Below, piece by piece: positions 27,628-37,316 of a DNA stretch of 64,000 nucleotides; the first letter of the stretch is position 1, and the number at the start of each line of letters is the position of its first letter. Under the pieces are notes generated by a model that was given only the letters and a program-made list of their open reading frames with translations, had not been told where the DNA came from and did not search any database. A program made the translations under genes and the position numbers. The DNA is taken from the IMG/VR virus record IMGVR_UViG_3300014059_000008, positions 1 to 64,000 of that record. One strand, written 5' to 3'. This DNA is from a virus. Lineage: Duplodnaviria > Caudoviricetes.

Positions 27628-28566
27628 TCAGCCTTTCTTGGCTGCTAGCTCCTGATGTGCCAGCGATGCCAGTGCAATTTCTTTGGCGAGCGGGTCGGGG
27701 AATGTCTCGGCCAACTCGCGGGTGAAAGTCTTGCGGTTCTTGGTGTCTACTCGCGTGCCATCTGGGCTTATGGAGTCCTCACCTGGGAATGGTAGGCCAT
27801 GGAGCGCACCGAAGATCACAGGTGCTGCAGTGCGGCTTAGAACGCAGACCGCTATCTGAGGTTGCCATGGGTTTGGCATATCTGGATCTTGCGGGCAGAA
27901 CTCAGCCACCGCTGCCTTGCTAGACATGAGGGCGGACATCATCCCAGCAAACGTGTCACGCAGTAGCAGCAGCAGTCCGGAGCTTGCGGAGTCAACGCAG
28001 ACATACAGCGTCCCCGACCCGCGCTCATGCCGCTGCAGCAGCACCTTGCCGCCGTCCTGCAGAACATAGCGCCGCACGTGCTCGCCGATGTAGGAAGCTG
28101 AGGCCGGGAACGTGACGATCGGGCTGGGCGGTATGGGCGCGACTTGCTTTGCGATGAAGGCATTCACCACAACCATGCATCCGTCATTGGTTCTGCAGAA
28201 CTCAAGCGCCTTTGCCCATGATCTGCAGACCTCTTCATCATCTGCAGACGCATCAGGCGGCAGCACAAACCGCAGCTCGCTATCAGCCAGGATGTCTAGC
28301 TGTGCCCATTTGCCAGTGGCCGCGCTCGACATGACAAACTCCGCGCTGACTTGCTTGTAACTGGCGCAGTCCTGCACGCTAGGCTCTAGGCTTCCCATGT
28401 TGCTTGCGTCGAACATCTCACAAGCTCCATGGATCGCAGTCTCTGCAAAGCGCTCTCGCAGAACTACCAGCGGAACTAGCCGCCGGACGCGCTCTTTGAC
28501 GCGATGCACACAGTCGCGGCAGTTTGATGCAGCTGGCTTCTCTTGCGTGGGTTGTTCCTCGGTCAT
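27628..28566 (-). CDS. Hypothetical protein with N-terminal Cys cluster
   Basis: CRDCVH...C...C. Confidence 0.6.
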   Translation of the reverse strand: MTEEQPTQEKPAASNCRDCVHRVKERVRRLVPLVVLRERFAETAIHGACEMFDASNMGSLEPSVQDCASYKQVSAEFVMSSAATGKWAQLDILADSELRFVLPPDASADDEEVCRSWAKALEFCRTNDGCMVVVNAFIAKQVAPIPPSPIVTFPASASYIGEHVRRYVLQDGGKVLLQRHERGSGTLYVCVDSASSGLLLLLRDTFAGMMSALMSSKAAVAEFCPQDPDMPNPWQPQIAVCVLSRTAAPVIFGALHGLPFPGEDSISPDGTRVDTKNRKTFTRELAETFPDPLAKEIALASLAHQELAAKKG

Positions 28567-29009
28567 TTCTTTTTCTTCCTGCCGCGCACTTTACTAAAGC
28601 TCATCGAGTGGCGGACTTCGCTAGGGTCTGGGGGTCGCTTGTTAGACGATGGCTTTAGCGCAGCGGCCACGATCTTCTTGCGCATGCACTCCTCGGCTAT
28701 CTTCCTGCAGTGCGCCAAGACTTCTGGGTCGCTTGCCGCAAAGACGATGATGCTGGCAAGCGAGTTCATGGCGAACCTGTGCTGAAAGGACCACATCCTC
28801 ATGACGCCATTGGAGCGCTGAAATAGATGGCATAGGTGCTTGTACCCATATGCCCAATACTGCCGAGCACCTGGGCGCAGCTTCTCACGCACTGGAACGT
28901 CGATGCAGATCTTGGCGCTGATTCGTGATGACTTGTTCGGGTCTTCGTTAGTGACCCCGCTCTCAGCATCATCGAACGGGGTCTTCTTCTTGACGGGTGT
29001 GAATGCCAT
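28563..29009 (-). CDS. Basic hypothetical protein
   Basis: ORF overlapping next gene by ATGA. Confidence 0.55.
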   Translation of the reverse strand: MAFTPVKKKTPFDDAESGVTNEDPNKSSRISAKICIDVPVREKLRPGARQYWAYGYKHLCHLFQRSNGVMRMWSFQHRFAMNSLASIIVFAASDPEVLAHCRKIAEECMRKKIVAAALKPSSNKRPPDPSEVRHSMSFSKVRGRKKKK

Positions 29010-29042
29010 GTTGACGCAGCTTGGCAGGCTGTGTTTAGCGCG

Positions 29043-29681
29043 TCAAGCTGGGAGTTTCAGATCGTAGCTGTAGAAGTCGGTGGTTGATCCGACTCCTGAG
29101 TCAACGCGCGCCACGTAGTCGAACACCTCTTGCAGGCGGCGACGATGCACGTCGTCAATGGCGCGAGCTAGGTCATCTCCTTCTAGGACTGGCGTGATGG
29201 CTCCCCGCATGTGGCCCTTACCGGCCCAGAACGCACAGGCAATGATCGCCCCGCTGCCAGATGCCGCCAGCTCAGTCTCTGGAATCAGATCAATCGTAAG
29301 GTCCCGTCCCACTTCGTAGACATCTGAGTTGATGGCCACCACAAGCGAGAGCAGGTAGCAGCCCGTGCCTCCAGCTTGCTTCTGCACTTCCGCGCCATTG
29401 GCCTCTACGATGGATTTGATGCCATCGACTAGACCGTAAATGGTCGGCGCTTCGGCGTAGCTCTGCAGTAGCTTTGCTTGGTTGCGCGGGTCCTTCAGGA
29501 GCGTCAGCATGCGCATGTCACCGCAGACCCCAAGCACGATGTCGGAGATCTGGCCAGCTGCTTTACTGCTCAGCACGATCGTCTTGGTTTGGTCGCGCTC
29601 AATCGTAGATCCGCACGTAACCCGCCGGTCACTGCAGAAGTACGCTTTCCCGTTTGCTCGTATCGCTAGGATCAATGACAT
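29043..29681 (-). CDS. Ntn-hydrolase, proteasome-beta/HslV-like
   Basis: M-SLILAI...CSDRRVT, TKT, GVCGD, ASGSG. Confidence 0.75.
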   Translation of the reverse strand: MSLILAIRANGKAYFCSDRRVTCGSTIERDQTKTIVLSSKAAGQISDIVLGVCGDMRMLTLLKDPRNQAKLLQSYAEAPTIYGLVDGIKSIVEANGAEVQKQAGGTGCYLLSLVVAINSDVYEVGRDLTIDLIPETELAASGSGAIIACAFWAGKGHMRGAITPVLEGDDLARAIDDVHRRRLQEVFDYVARVDSGVGSTTDFYSYDLKLPA

Positions 29682-29711
29682 CAGACGTTCCTCGGTTTGT
29701 TGTTGTGCTCG

Positions 29712-30068
29712 CTATGGAGCGGTAGTGATGCGCGTAACAGTGCCGCACTGTTGCCAGTACCCAGCATTGCAGATGGCGCGGCGTACTTTCTGCGCAGCTC
29801 GTAGGCCAGCGTCTTTTGTGCGTGAGCCAATTGGTATCCAGTAGCTAGTGACAGTGGTTATTTCTGGCAGCGGCTCATTGAGTTTACTTCCAGGCACTTT
29901 GGATAAGACCTTATCGGCTATTGCCATGATTGCAGCTGTGCATGGTGCGCTCGTGCATTCCTTGACCACAACCAAGACAAACTCGGCCATGGCGTCTGGC
30001 ATCTCTTCGATCTTGATCTCGATGCGCATGCGTTCCTTGTGGTGAGTGCGCCCGCATGCCGTGGTCAT
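29712..30068 (-). CDS. Hypothetical protein
   Basis: ORF in gene-dense strand. Confidence 0.45.
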   Translation of the reverse strand: MTTACGRTHHKERMRIEIKIEEMPDAMAEFVLVVVKECTSAPCTAAIMAIADKVLSKVPGSKLNEPLPEITTVTSYWIPIGSRTKDAGLRAAQKVRRAICNAGYWQQCGTVTRITTAP

Positions 30069-30088
30069 TTGGCATGCGGGGAGGTTAG

Positions 30089-30808
30089 CTACTCGACTGG
30101 CTTAGCTTCCGAGTGAGGTTCATCGCGCTTGGTGATGTCTGGGCATTTGATGTCATCCAGCACAACCGCAAGATGCAACCCCTTTGCCTTGCAGTACGCG
30201 AAAAGGGCCTCAACTTTGGCCAGCGCCTCGCTCGCTCCCTTGCTGTTAGTCGCAGCAAGCAAGCGATTCCAATTATCGTCGTCGGTGTCCGTAATGCACT
30301 GTAGTGTTCCTAGCTTGGTTGCCAGCTCCTCGATACGCTTCTCTTGCCGCTTGATGATCTTTTCCAGCGCTTTTGTGCTTGGCTTGTCTGAGAGAATAGT
30401 GCCGACCTGCAGTTCGGGCGCGATAAATCCCCGAGCTGGCTCGTGCAGCGCGCGAATCTTTGCCGCAGCTTCCTGGGTCTGGCTCAGAGTGTCCAGGCCA
30501 ATACTTTTATTGGTGTCGCTTAACGAGCTCTCGATGCCTTCTTGTTTCTTCTCTTCCATGGTCTTTCTCTCCTCGTTTAAAGCCCAGCAATCAGCGCAGT
30601 CTAGTGAATCAGTGCCGCCGGAACTCCAGGGCACCATGCGCCGACAACTTGGGCAGGTGAATAGTCCACAATGTCTGCAGCCGTGTACCGTCGTGCATGC
30701 CCAGCAACATCCTTTGGTTATGCGCTTTGGCTTTCCGGTAACGCTTGGCCTCGTATTGATTATGCTGACTCGGCGGAACGTGGGGTTAATCAGTGCGTGC
30801 ATTTTCAA
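30089..30808 (-). CDS. Hypothetical protein (Cys-rich N-part, coiled-coil C-part)
   Basis: Several CxxC pairs; internal GGAG-ATG at 30559 may be a second start. Confidence 0.5.
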   Translation of the reverse strand: MKMHALINPTFRRVSIINTRPSVTGKPKRITKGCCWACTTVHGCRHCGLFTCPSCRRMVPWSSGGTDSLDCADCWALNEERKTMEEKKQEGIESSLSDTNKSIGLDTLSQTQEAAAKIRALHEPARGFIAPELQVGTILSDKPSTKALEKIIKRQEKRIEELATKLGTLQCITDTDDDNWNRLLAATNSKGASEALAKVEALFAYCKAKGLHLAVVLDDIKCPDITKRDEPHSEAKPVE

Positions 30809-31013
30809 TCACTTCCATCCAATCAGGTTCTACTGAGTAGCCGCCTGTTTTTCCTTTGACCAGTACAACTGGCGTCCCATGGCCGAGCGCCCAGCACGGG
30901 CTACGGGTCACGGTGTCGAATGTCTGCGCAGGTTGCCCATTGCCAGCCTGTACCGATGTAACTCGTACGGCGGTTCCGATCGGGTGGGTGGCGTTCCATT
31001 GTTCTGGGGTCAT
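30786..31013 (-). CDS. Small phage protein
   Basis: WNATHPIGTAV...TRSPCWALGHGTPVVLV. Confidence 0.6.
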   Translation of the reverse strand: MTPEQWNATHPIGTAVRVTSVQAGNGQPAQTFDTVTRSPCWALGHGTPVVLVKGKTGGYSVEPDWMEVIENARTD

Positions 31014-31456
31014 GATTCATCCTGCCCACGAAAGCACGAGTCCAGGTCTTTGCCATCGACGTTGCGCAGATTCGTGAAGTCTGGCTTGATCGCTACCAGT
31101 GGCCGCGTAGGTCGCGCTGCGGCTCGTGCAAATTTGCGGCGGATTAGACGGGCGATCTTGTTTGGGTTCATGACTCCCAGGAACTTGGTCACGATCTCGG
31201 CAAGCACGCGCTCGGCTGGCATCCGGTACACCAGCGGCGCTCTTGCTCTCTTGATCTTGGAAATCAGCTTGCGGACTTCCTTGCCTGAGACATGCCCCAT
31301 GGACGTGCGCATGGCGCGGAGTTCGCACACAGCGTTCTCTAGGTGCTGCTTTAACTCTTGGGCGCCGACGATCTTCAGCGAGATCTGAACCTTGTACTCG
31401 CGCGGCCTTTGCGCGTCGGCTGGGTAGCGGATGAATGGGTAGTTGATGTCGTTCAT
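31010..31456 (-). CDS. Hypothetical protein
   Basis: Translationally coupled on both sides. Confidence 0.55.
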   Translation of the reverse strand: MNDINYPFIRYPADAQRPREYKVQISLKIVGAQELKQHLENAVCELRAMRTSMGHVSGKEVRKLISKIKRARAPLVYRMPAERVLAEIVTKFLGVMNPNKIARLIRRKFARAAARPTRPLVAIKPDFTNLRNVDGKDLDSCFRGQDES

Positions 31457-31659
31457 CAGCCCCTCTGCTTATGCCCACAGAACGGGCAGAAGTTGATGTA
31501 CACCGTGGACTTATCAGGACGGCGCAGCGCTATCCCTGATATGCGCGTGGCCCCTGTGGTTAGGCTTGTCAGCTCGACCTCATGCAATCCACCGCGTGTG
31601 CTGTTCACTTGGTTCAAGCTGCTGCGTAGATGGTCGCAGCAGATTCCGTCATCAGGCAT
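31456..31659 (-). CDS. Small zinc-finger protein
   Basis: CC...INFCPFCG. Confidence 0.6.
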   Translation of the reverse strand: MPDDGICCDHLRSSLNQVNSTRGGLHEVELTSLTTGATRISGIALRRPDKSTVYINFCPFCGHKQRG

Positions 31660-31662
31660 GGG

Positions 31663-32013
31663 CTATTCCTTCCACTTGTAATCTTCCCAATACTCATCAG
31701 CCGTCACCTTGGCCCACTCCTCAGCAGAAGCTGGCAGACGCTTGACGACATCGGTTAGGACTTCCACCATTTCCATGTGGCGCTCATTGCATCCGCAATA
31801 GTCTGTCGGTGTCACTAAATCACCAGGGCTGCATGCGCATGGTGACATCGTTTGAGCTAGCAGAGTCACTGCATCTTTGATCGCCGTGTCTTTGGTGAGG
31901 CGGCGCTTCTGCTGCGTGTACTTTCTAGGCGGCGCTCGGTAGACGGTGCATGTCTCAGTCGTGATGTCGAGCGCTTCGCTGACCGACTGCCAGTTCATTG
32001 TCTTTTGGCTCAT
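31663..32013 (-). CDS. Hypothetical protein
   Basis: Probable start MSQKTM overlapping upstream stop. Confidence 0.5.
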   Translation of the reverse strand: MSQKTMNWQSVSEALDITTETCTVYRAPPRKYTQQKRRLTKDTAIKDAVTLLAQTMSPCACSPGDLVTPTDYCGCNERHMEMVEVLTDVVKRLPASAEEWAKVTADEYWEDYKWKE

Positions 32014-32660
32014 GCTCCAAGCTCCGTGACAACTACCTGCATCGCTCTGCGGACTAGGGGCCACATGGACGACATGAAATTACGGATGCCTGACTCGTAT
32101 GTCGTGTGGCAATACCACTCATAGGTTTCAAGCCGAACATCGCCAAGTTCATTGCGCACCATCTCGATGTAGTCATCTAGAGAATCTACGCCGTAGACAT
32201 CAAACGCATCGTCATAGAGCTTGCGAGCCAGGTCTTTGGAAATGTGCATCGACTTGCGTAGTGCAATGATGTCCGTGGTGATATTTCGGACCGTTGCAAC
32301 TTCGTCAAACACTTCTGGCCTACTGCTATTCAGCTTGCCAGTAAGGTAAGGCGTATTCATCTGCAGTAGGTGATCAAGAAACGTAGTCTTACCTCCCGTG
32401 TCTTGCCACCGATAAGCCCACGTCCCATGAGAGGAGTGAACGCTCAGCAAGTACGTGCTGTCGATCGTGACCACCGCATAGTCGCCATCGAGCCGGAAGG
32501 TGAAGCGCATGACCATGATGTCGCTTGGTCCGCTGAGTTTGCCCATGCTCAGCACTGCGGACATTTCCTTGGTTAGCAGGTGGTTAATGGTTGCGCAAAA
32601 GGCGTCAAACCATGCTGCGTTTAAGCTCCCTGGGAATATTGCAGGTTTCAGTAGAGACAT
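32010..32660 (-). CDS. Hypothetical phage protein
   Basis: LSVHSSHGTWAYRW...YLTGKL. Confidence 0.6.
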   Translation of the reverse strand: MSLLKPAIFPGSLNAAWFDAFCATINHLLTKEMSAVLSMGKLSGPSDIMVMRFTFRLDGDYAVVTIDSTYLLSVHSSHGTWAYRWQDTGGKTTFLDHLLQMNTPYLTGKLNSSRPEVFDEVATVRNITTDIIALRKSMHISKDLARKLYDDAFDVYGVDSLDDYIEMVRNELGDVRLETYEWYCHTTYESGIRNFMSSMWPLVRRAMQVVVTELGA

Positions 32661-32662
32661 GA

Positions 32663-33235
32663 CTAGCCCTCCCGCTGCATAAAGAAGTTACGGACTGCGA
32701 TCATCTCGGCGTTGCGGTGCATGCTGTGAACAAAGATGAACGGCTGCTTTAGGTTGTGGCCATTGCAGGCGATGTAGTCTTCTGCTCCTTTTCGGGTAAG
32801 GAATGCAGCACAAAACCAGTCGATATACTTGCAGCCCACGCGACGGAACGTGCGGCCACCGATCACCAGCGGTTCGTCTCCGTCATTACGTAGCCGATTC
32901 AGGACGACGGCTGTGTCTTTGTCTGCCTCTTCATAATCGCCATCGCTATCACTCACCCAGATCCAAAAGTCTTCATAGCCAGACTCAAGGCCATCAACGC
33001 GCTGCTTTTGGAAGACAACGAACAGCGGGTCCTGGGTGGCTGCATTGTCCTGTGTCTTCAGGTTGGCGCTCATCTGGCGCAGTAGGTCTTCATTTGTATG
33101 CGCAACTGTCATGTGTACTGGCTCCGCGCTCTGTGGTTTCAGGCCCATCTCATCTAGGTATTCCGGTGTAGCTACCAGCTCTTTGGGGTAGGACGTGATG
33201 ATGACACTGCCGCCGGGTTGTTCTTCGGTTGCCAT
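32663..33235 (-). CDS. Ead/Ea22-like phage protein
   Basis: LKTQDNAATQDPLFVVFQK...FLTRKGAEDYIACNGHNLKQPFIFVHS.RNAEM. Confidence 0.6.
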   Translation of the reverse strand: MATEEQPGGSVIITSYPKELVATPEYLDEMGLKPQSAEPVHMTVAHTNEDLLRQMSANLKTQDNAATQDPLFVVFQKQRVDGLESGYEDFWIWVSDSDGDYEEADKDTAVVLNRLRNDGDEPLVIGGRTFRRVGCKYIDWFCAAFLTRKGAEDYIACNGHNLKQPFIFVHSMHRNAEMIAVRNFFMQREG

Positions 33236-33237
33236 GG

Positions 33238-33522
33238 CTATCCTTGTTCTTTCTCTTGTGGCAACACTTCGGCCAACACTCCAAGAGGCAATGCATCCTT
33301 TGCTATTTCTTTGACGGTCTGAATTACGCTCTCGTGACACCTGATAATTACAATTCCGGTTCCAGTTGGCCCATGCTTCACATCTACGCCGTGGTCCGTC
33401 ATCGTCAAATTGAATAGCTTTTGGTTGATGCGAATGCGCAAGTCATCAATAGATCCAGGAAGGATGACGCTATCGCACCAATCGGATAGCTCTTTCTTCA
33501 GCTCTGCGACTGTTCTTCCCAT
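33238..33522 (-). CDS. Hypothetical protein
   Basis: GGAG RBS. Confidence 0.55.
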   Translation of the reverse strand: MGRTVAELKKELSDWCDSVILPGSIDDLRIRINQKLFNLTMTDHGVDVKHGPTGTGIVIIRCHESVIQTVKEIAKDALPLGVLAEVLPQEKEQG

Positions 33523-33525
33523 GCC

Positions 33526-33720
33526 CTACTCCCCGCCCTCATCCGAAGCATCGTCCACGCAGTAATCCGCTGCCGACTTGCCGCGAATCAGCTCCTGCCG
33601 CCCAGTCCGCCGATTTGCCCGAGCATCAATCGCCTTGGCTCTGCTGCGGTCTGGCGAGTTCCTGCGAGTGCCACCGTGGATCTTGCCGCTCAGCTTCTCA
33701 ACCTTGATCTGTCCGTTCAT
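33526..33720 (-). CDS. Small basic protein, first gene after leftward promoter
   Basis: GGCAGGAGT RBS. Confidence 0.55.
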   Translation of the reverse strand: MNGQIKVEKLSGKIHGGTRRNSPDRSRAKAIDARANRRTGRQELIRGKSAADYCVDDASDEGGE

Positions 33721-33756
33721 CTTGTTTACTCCTGCCGGGGTTGACGTGATGACACT

Positions 33757-33799
33757 GGTGTAGTTTGTTTTCTCCGGGGTTGCAAGTCTTTTTGTGCAA
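33757..33799 (-). promoter_or_regulatory. Candidate leftward promoter with conserved 19-bp element (copy 2)
   Basis: Minus strand TTGCACAAAAAGAC-TTGCAA-17 nt-TACACC. Confidence 0.55.
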
Positions 33800-33958
33800 T
33801 TATTTTAGCCGTAGCAAATCGCTACAATGTTGTCCCAAAATGCTACGGTTGTGGCGTTGCATATGGGGCACTACCGAGTGAGCGCGTACTTGGCACAGCG
33901 CATGCGTATAGCCTACGCCGAACCGTTAAACGTCCCATCTTGGGACATAGGAGCTGCG

Positions 33959-35128
33959 ATGTTGAAGGATGTGCTGCGAGAGTTTGCATTGGCTGTTAAA
34001 GAGAAGGCTGGCGATGTGGCCGATGCGCTGGCGGGTGCCGAGAAAACGCATGTGGTGTCGGAGCGCGCTGAGGTATTCAGGATTCCGATGCCTGATGGCG
34101 TTCCACTCCTAGCGCGAGTGACCACCAAGAGGCTGCGTGTAACGTATGACGGGATGCGAGATCCGCATCAATACAACTGCTACGAGATCTCTACTGCGGA
34201 TAGTCGCGGCTGTACCGTAAGTGGGCCAGGTCCTTTGTCTGATGTTCTGGGTCGGTTCATCTTCCGCGCGACCGGCGAATGCGACTACCTGCGAGTACGG
34301 CCAAGCGCTCTGACCTGCAGCGAGTGCGGTGGATGCGGCATTCTGGGCACTGAGCGCTGCAAGGTTTGCCGTGGGTCTGGCATGCTTCCGATTCGCGAGT
34401 GCATCCGGCACATTGCATTGAATCTGCAGAAGGCAGTTCCGGTAGATGACCACGATGCGCTCATGCACGTGGCCAACGCTGCCATGTTTGAGACTGACGA
34501 GTTTTATTCGATAGTGAGCGCAGAGTGGAAACAGGGCGGACCACTTGAGCTGCTGGATGCAATGCGCGCATGCGTGATCTTTTATCTTGGCGCGCTCGCA
34601 CGGGTGAAAAGCATAGGGAATGTTCCGCAATTCAAGGCCTGTGACGCTGTACCTCCAAGCCCTATCACCTACTGCCAATTCCTGATGGAGAAAGCAGCAA
34701 AGGCAGTGGGCAAGTATGCCGAGATGGTGCATAGCGTGACTCGCTCTATTCCGTACCACCGCTCCGAGTCTGCCCGCTTCATGGTCCTGATGGGCCTGGA
34801 GTCTCAGTCTGGCGGGCTAACGGTGGACAAGTTGGGCATGACGATCTTCACCGAGGTCCGTCCCGATGGCAGCGTCAACGTGCAGGACGCATGGTCGCCA
34901 GAGTTCTTCCGGCATGTGCTGGCGGATACCGGGTCGCAGCTGCATGGCAATCTGCTAGCCGAGTACTGCGCTCGGGTTAGCGAAGTGACCTGGGCCATCG
35001 AGAGCACCGCGCAAAAGGCTGGGATGCTTCCAGGCGAATCGCTGGCGGCATTTATCGAGCGGCTGCGCACCGAGCGCAACGAAGCACAAGACAAGCTGGC
35101 GGAAGCGCTAGAGACACTAAACGGCTAA
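33959..35128 (+). CDS. Hypothetical protein with DnaJ-type zinc finger
   Basis: CSECGGCG...CKVCRGSG; AGGAG RBS before ATG 33959. Confidence 0.65.
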   Translation: MLKDVLREFALAVKEKAGDVADALAGAEKTHVVSERAEVFRIPMPDGVPLLARVTTKRLRVTYDGMRDPHQYNCYEISTADSRGCTVSGPGPLSDVLGRFIFRATGECDYLRVRPSALTCSECGGCGILGTERCKVCRGSGMLPIRECIRHIALNLQKAVPVDDHDALMHVANAAMFETDEFYSIVSAEWKQGGPLELLDAMRACVIFYLGALARVKSIGNVPQFKACDAVPPSPITYCQFLMEKAAKAVGKYAEMVHSVTRSIPYHRSESARFMVLMGLESQSGGLTVDKLGMTIFTEVRPDGSVNVQDAWSPEFFRHVLADTGSQLHGNLLAEYCARVSEVTWAIESTAQKAGMLPGESLAAFIERLRTERNEAQDKLAEALETLNG

Positions 35129-35155
35129 ACGGACACAGGACCTAGGGAGACGACT

Positions 35156-35923
35156 ATGAACGCGAAAACCATGTCGCTAGTACTTGATCGCAACGAACAA
35201 TCGACGAGAACCATTGCGGAGCTGAAGCGATTGCTTCAGGAAAGCAACAACAGCTTCATTCGACTGCAGGCTCTAGTTGGATGCGGCCACCTAGATAAAG
35301 AGCAGACCGAGGCAGCGATCAAGACCATGATGGCCGAGCGTGAGAAGCTGGCCATTACCGGGCGCGAACACGCAGCCCTGATTAGCTCTCTCGATGAAGT
35401 TCCCCTTGGACAGGACGATGGTGAATCCTACGCGGCGTATGCGCTGCGAGTCGGCGATGCGATGCGGGCGCTTAAAGACGACAAGAGCACGCTGCAGAAG
35501 GATCTTCACGAGGCCCGACTAGAGAATGGTCACAACTTATCGGTGGCCAAGGGACTGCAGCGGATCGTGGAGAATCGTGACGCTCAGATCGCACAGCTTA
35601 ATGAATCTGCATCCTCTCTAGCTTCAGCGCTGACTCTTCTCGGGACCATGCACGATGGCGAGCTTGCAAACGAGTTTGTCAGTCGCATGGCCGATGAAAA
35701 GAAGCGGGTCACGCAGAAGCTCGACTTGATAGCCAAGGTCATTGAGCAGCTTCCCGACTCGATGCGGATGCAGCACGGGGAGACGTACGAGCCGTTCCTG
35801 CGGCGCATTCAGAATTCGTATGTCGCTAATGAAGCAACTATTGCCCGCTACGAAGCTACGATCGAGTCGCTCAAGAACCGCGACGCATCCGGCGGACCCA
35901 TTCGCAGACAAGCGCCCAAGTAG
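35156..35923 (+). CDS. Coiled-coil protein
   Basis: Heptad-rich, with repeated xxGE[ST]xxxFxxR units; GGAG RBS. Confidence 0.65.
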   Translation: MNAKTMSLVLDRNEQSTRTIAELKRLLQESNNSFIRLQALVGCGHLDKEQTEAAIKTMMAEREKLAITGREHAALISSLDEVPLGQDDGESYAAYALRVGDAMRALKDDKSTLQKDLHEARLENGHNLSVAKGLQRIVENRDAQIAQLNESASSLASALTLLGTMHDGELANEFVSRMADEKKRVTQKLDLIAKVIEQLPDSMRMQHGETYEPFLRRIQNSYVANEATIARYEATIESLKNRDASGGPIRRQAPK

Positions 35924-35979
35924 CAGCCGCCACAACGACCTACCCTAGACTCGCCAGCTTCATGTGGCACACTTCACCC

Positions 35980-36468
35980 ATGAAGCTACTTCCCCTTCTA
36001 CTTCTCCCCCTACTCACATGCTGCGGCAGATCCTGGGACCTAGACCGCCCTGTCCGTGTTTCTGTGCTTTCTCGCGAGCTAAGCGCTGTGGCCATTGCAG
36101 GCTACTTCGAGAGCGCAGTAAAGCAGCTTGGCGGTACCGTATCGCCCACGGCGGACCAAGTGGTCTACGTGCGATACAACGCCACTGCGGACTGCCGTGG
36201 ATGCACAGAGCTTACAGTCGAGCATGTGGCTTACCATGATGACGAGATCCAGATCCTGCCCCGCATCATGGCAGCGCCAGCAGACATCCTAGAGCACGTC
36301 ATCGCTCATGGCCTGGGTCATGTGCTCGGGTATGAGCGACATCTTCCAGCTGGAAAGAAAGGGGTGATGATGGGGCTTTACGACAACGTGCCGCCGCCTA
36401 AGTCGCGGTACACAGCAGACGACTTGGCGGCGATTGGAACGGGGCGGGTTAGTGGCGGGGTGTTTTAG
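35980..36468 (+). CDS. Lipoprotein with matrixin/metzincin-like domain lacking the catalytic Glu
   Basis: MKLLPLLLLPLLTC-C signal; AHGLGHVLGYERH...GVMM Met-turn; TADDLAAI. Confidence 0.65.
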   Translation: MKLLPLLLLPLLTCCGRSWDLDRPVRVSVLSRELSAVAIAGYFESAVKQLGGTVSPTADQVVYVRYNATADCRGCTELTVEHVAYHDDEIQILPRIMAAPADILEHVIAHGLGHVLGYERHLPAGKKGVMMGLYDNVPPPKSRYTADDLAAIGTGRVSGGVF

Positions 36469-37283
36469 GGCTGGGGCGTGGGACCGGCGATTGCTGCGAT
36501 GTCTGCAGCGACGTTGCCGATGTCATGGCCCGAAGCGTTGATTCGCTTCAGCAGCAGCATGCGCTTCCGTGCTGCCACGATCTGAATCTCTTTGTTGATC
36601 TCGGATGGCTCTAGGCCGACTGATAGGTATGCCGTTAGTGCTGCCCATTCCCATGCTGTAGTTTCTACGGAATTGAGCGCATCCCATGATGGATACTCTT
36701 CCTTTGCCAGCAACATATATGACGCCCACGCATCATACGCAATCTGACCAAGTGGTTTATCGACGGCAGACCGGTACTTCATTGCTGCCTTATAGGCAGT
36801 CTCAGTTTCACGCAGCCGGTCAAGCTCACTAATACCAACGGCAGTCTCGACGCCGATATCTCCGAATGGCAGCGGACATCCAGCCGCTTCTGATGCCGCC
36901 TGATGGAACTCTTCCCGGTCTGCCTGCCCGTTTCCGATAATGCCGTGGCGCATGATCTTCCACTTGCGATCGGCAATGGCAATGCAGAAGTGGCCGTCAT
37001 CGTCTTTTACGATTGATAGGGGGCATGGTGCCGGATTGGATGGTGCATCCTGGGCCGGGTTGGGATCTGGCACTTCGCTTGGCTGCTGGGGATAGGGCTC
37101 CGATGTCCCTTCCATCGCGCGCAATACTTCTGGCGAATCTAGCCCCGTAGTCGGGATGGTGATGCGATTAATCAGCAGGTCCTTTTCCCAGTCTTTGAGC
37201 CCACCGTGAGAGTCGATGAACCGAACGATGTCGCCAATGAAGCTCGTGTCCTGTGGTTTTCCGAAGTGCTTATGGTTTCGCAT
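36465..37283 (-). CDS. Hypothetical protein, paralogue of 37317..38399
   Basis: Shared CPxxI, LGQIAY, AYLSV, IQxxAARKR motifs. Confidence 0.65.
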   Translation of the reverse strand: MRNHKHFGKPQDTSFIGDIVRFIDSHGGLKDWEKDLLINRITIPTTGLDSPEVLRAMEGTSEPYPQQPSEVPDPNPAQDAPSNPAPCPLSIVKDDDGHFCIAIADRKWKIMRHGIIGNGQADREEFHQAASEAAGCPLPFGDIGVETAVGISELDRLRETETAYKAAMKYRSAVDKPLGQIAYDAWASYMLLAKEEYPSWDALNSVETTAWEWAALTAYLSVGLEPSEINKEIQIVAARKRMLLLKRINASGHDIGNVAADIAAIAGPTPQP

Positions 37284-37316
37284 TGCCGTTCCTTTGGTGT
37301 TGGGTTTATTGGCGAT

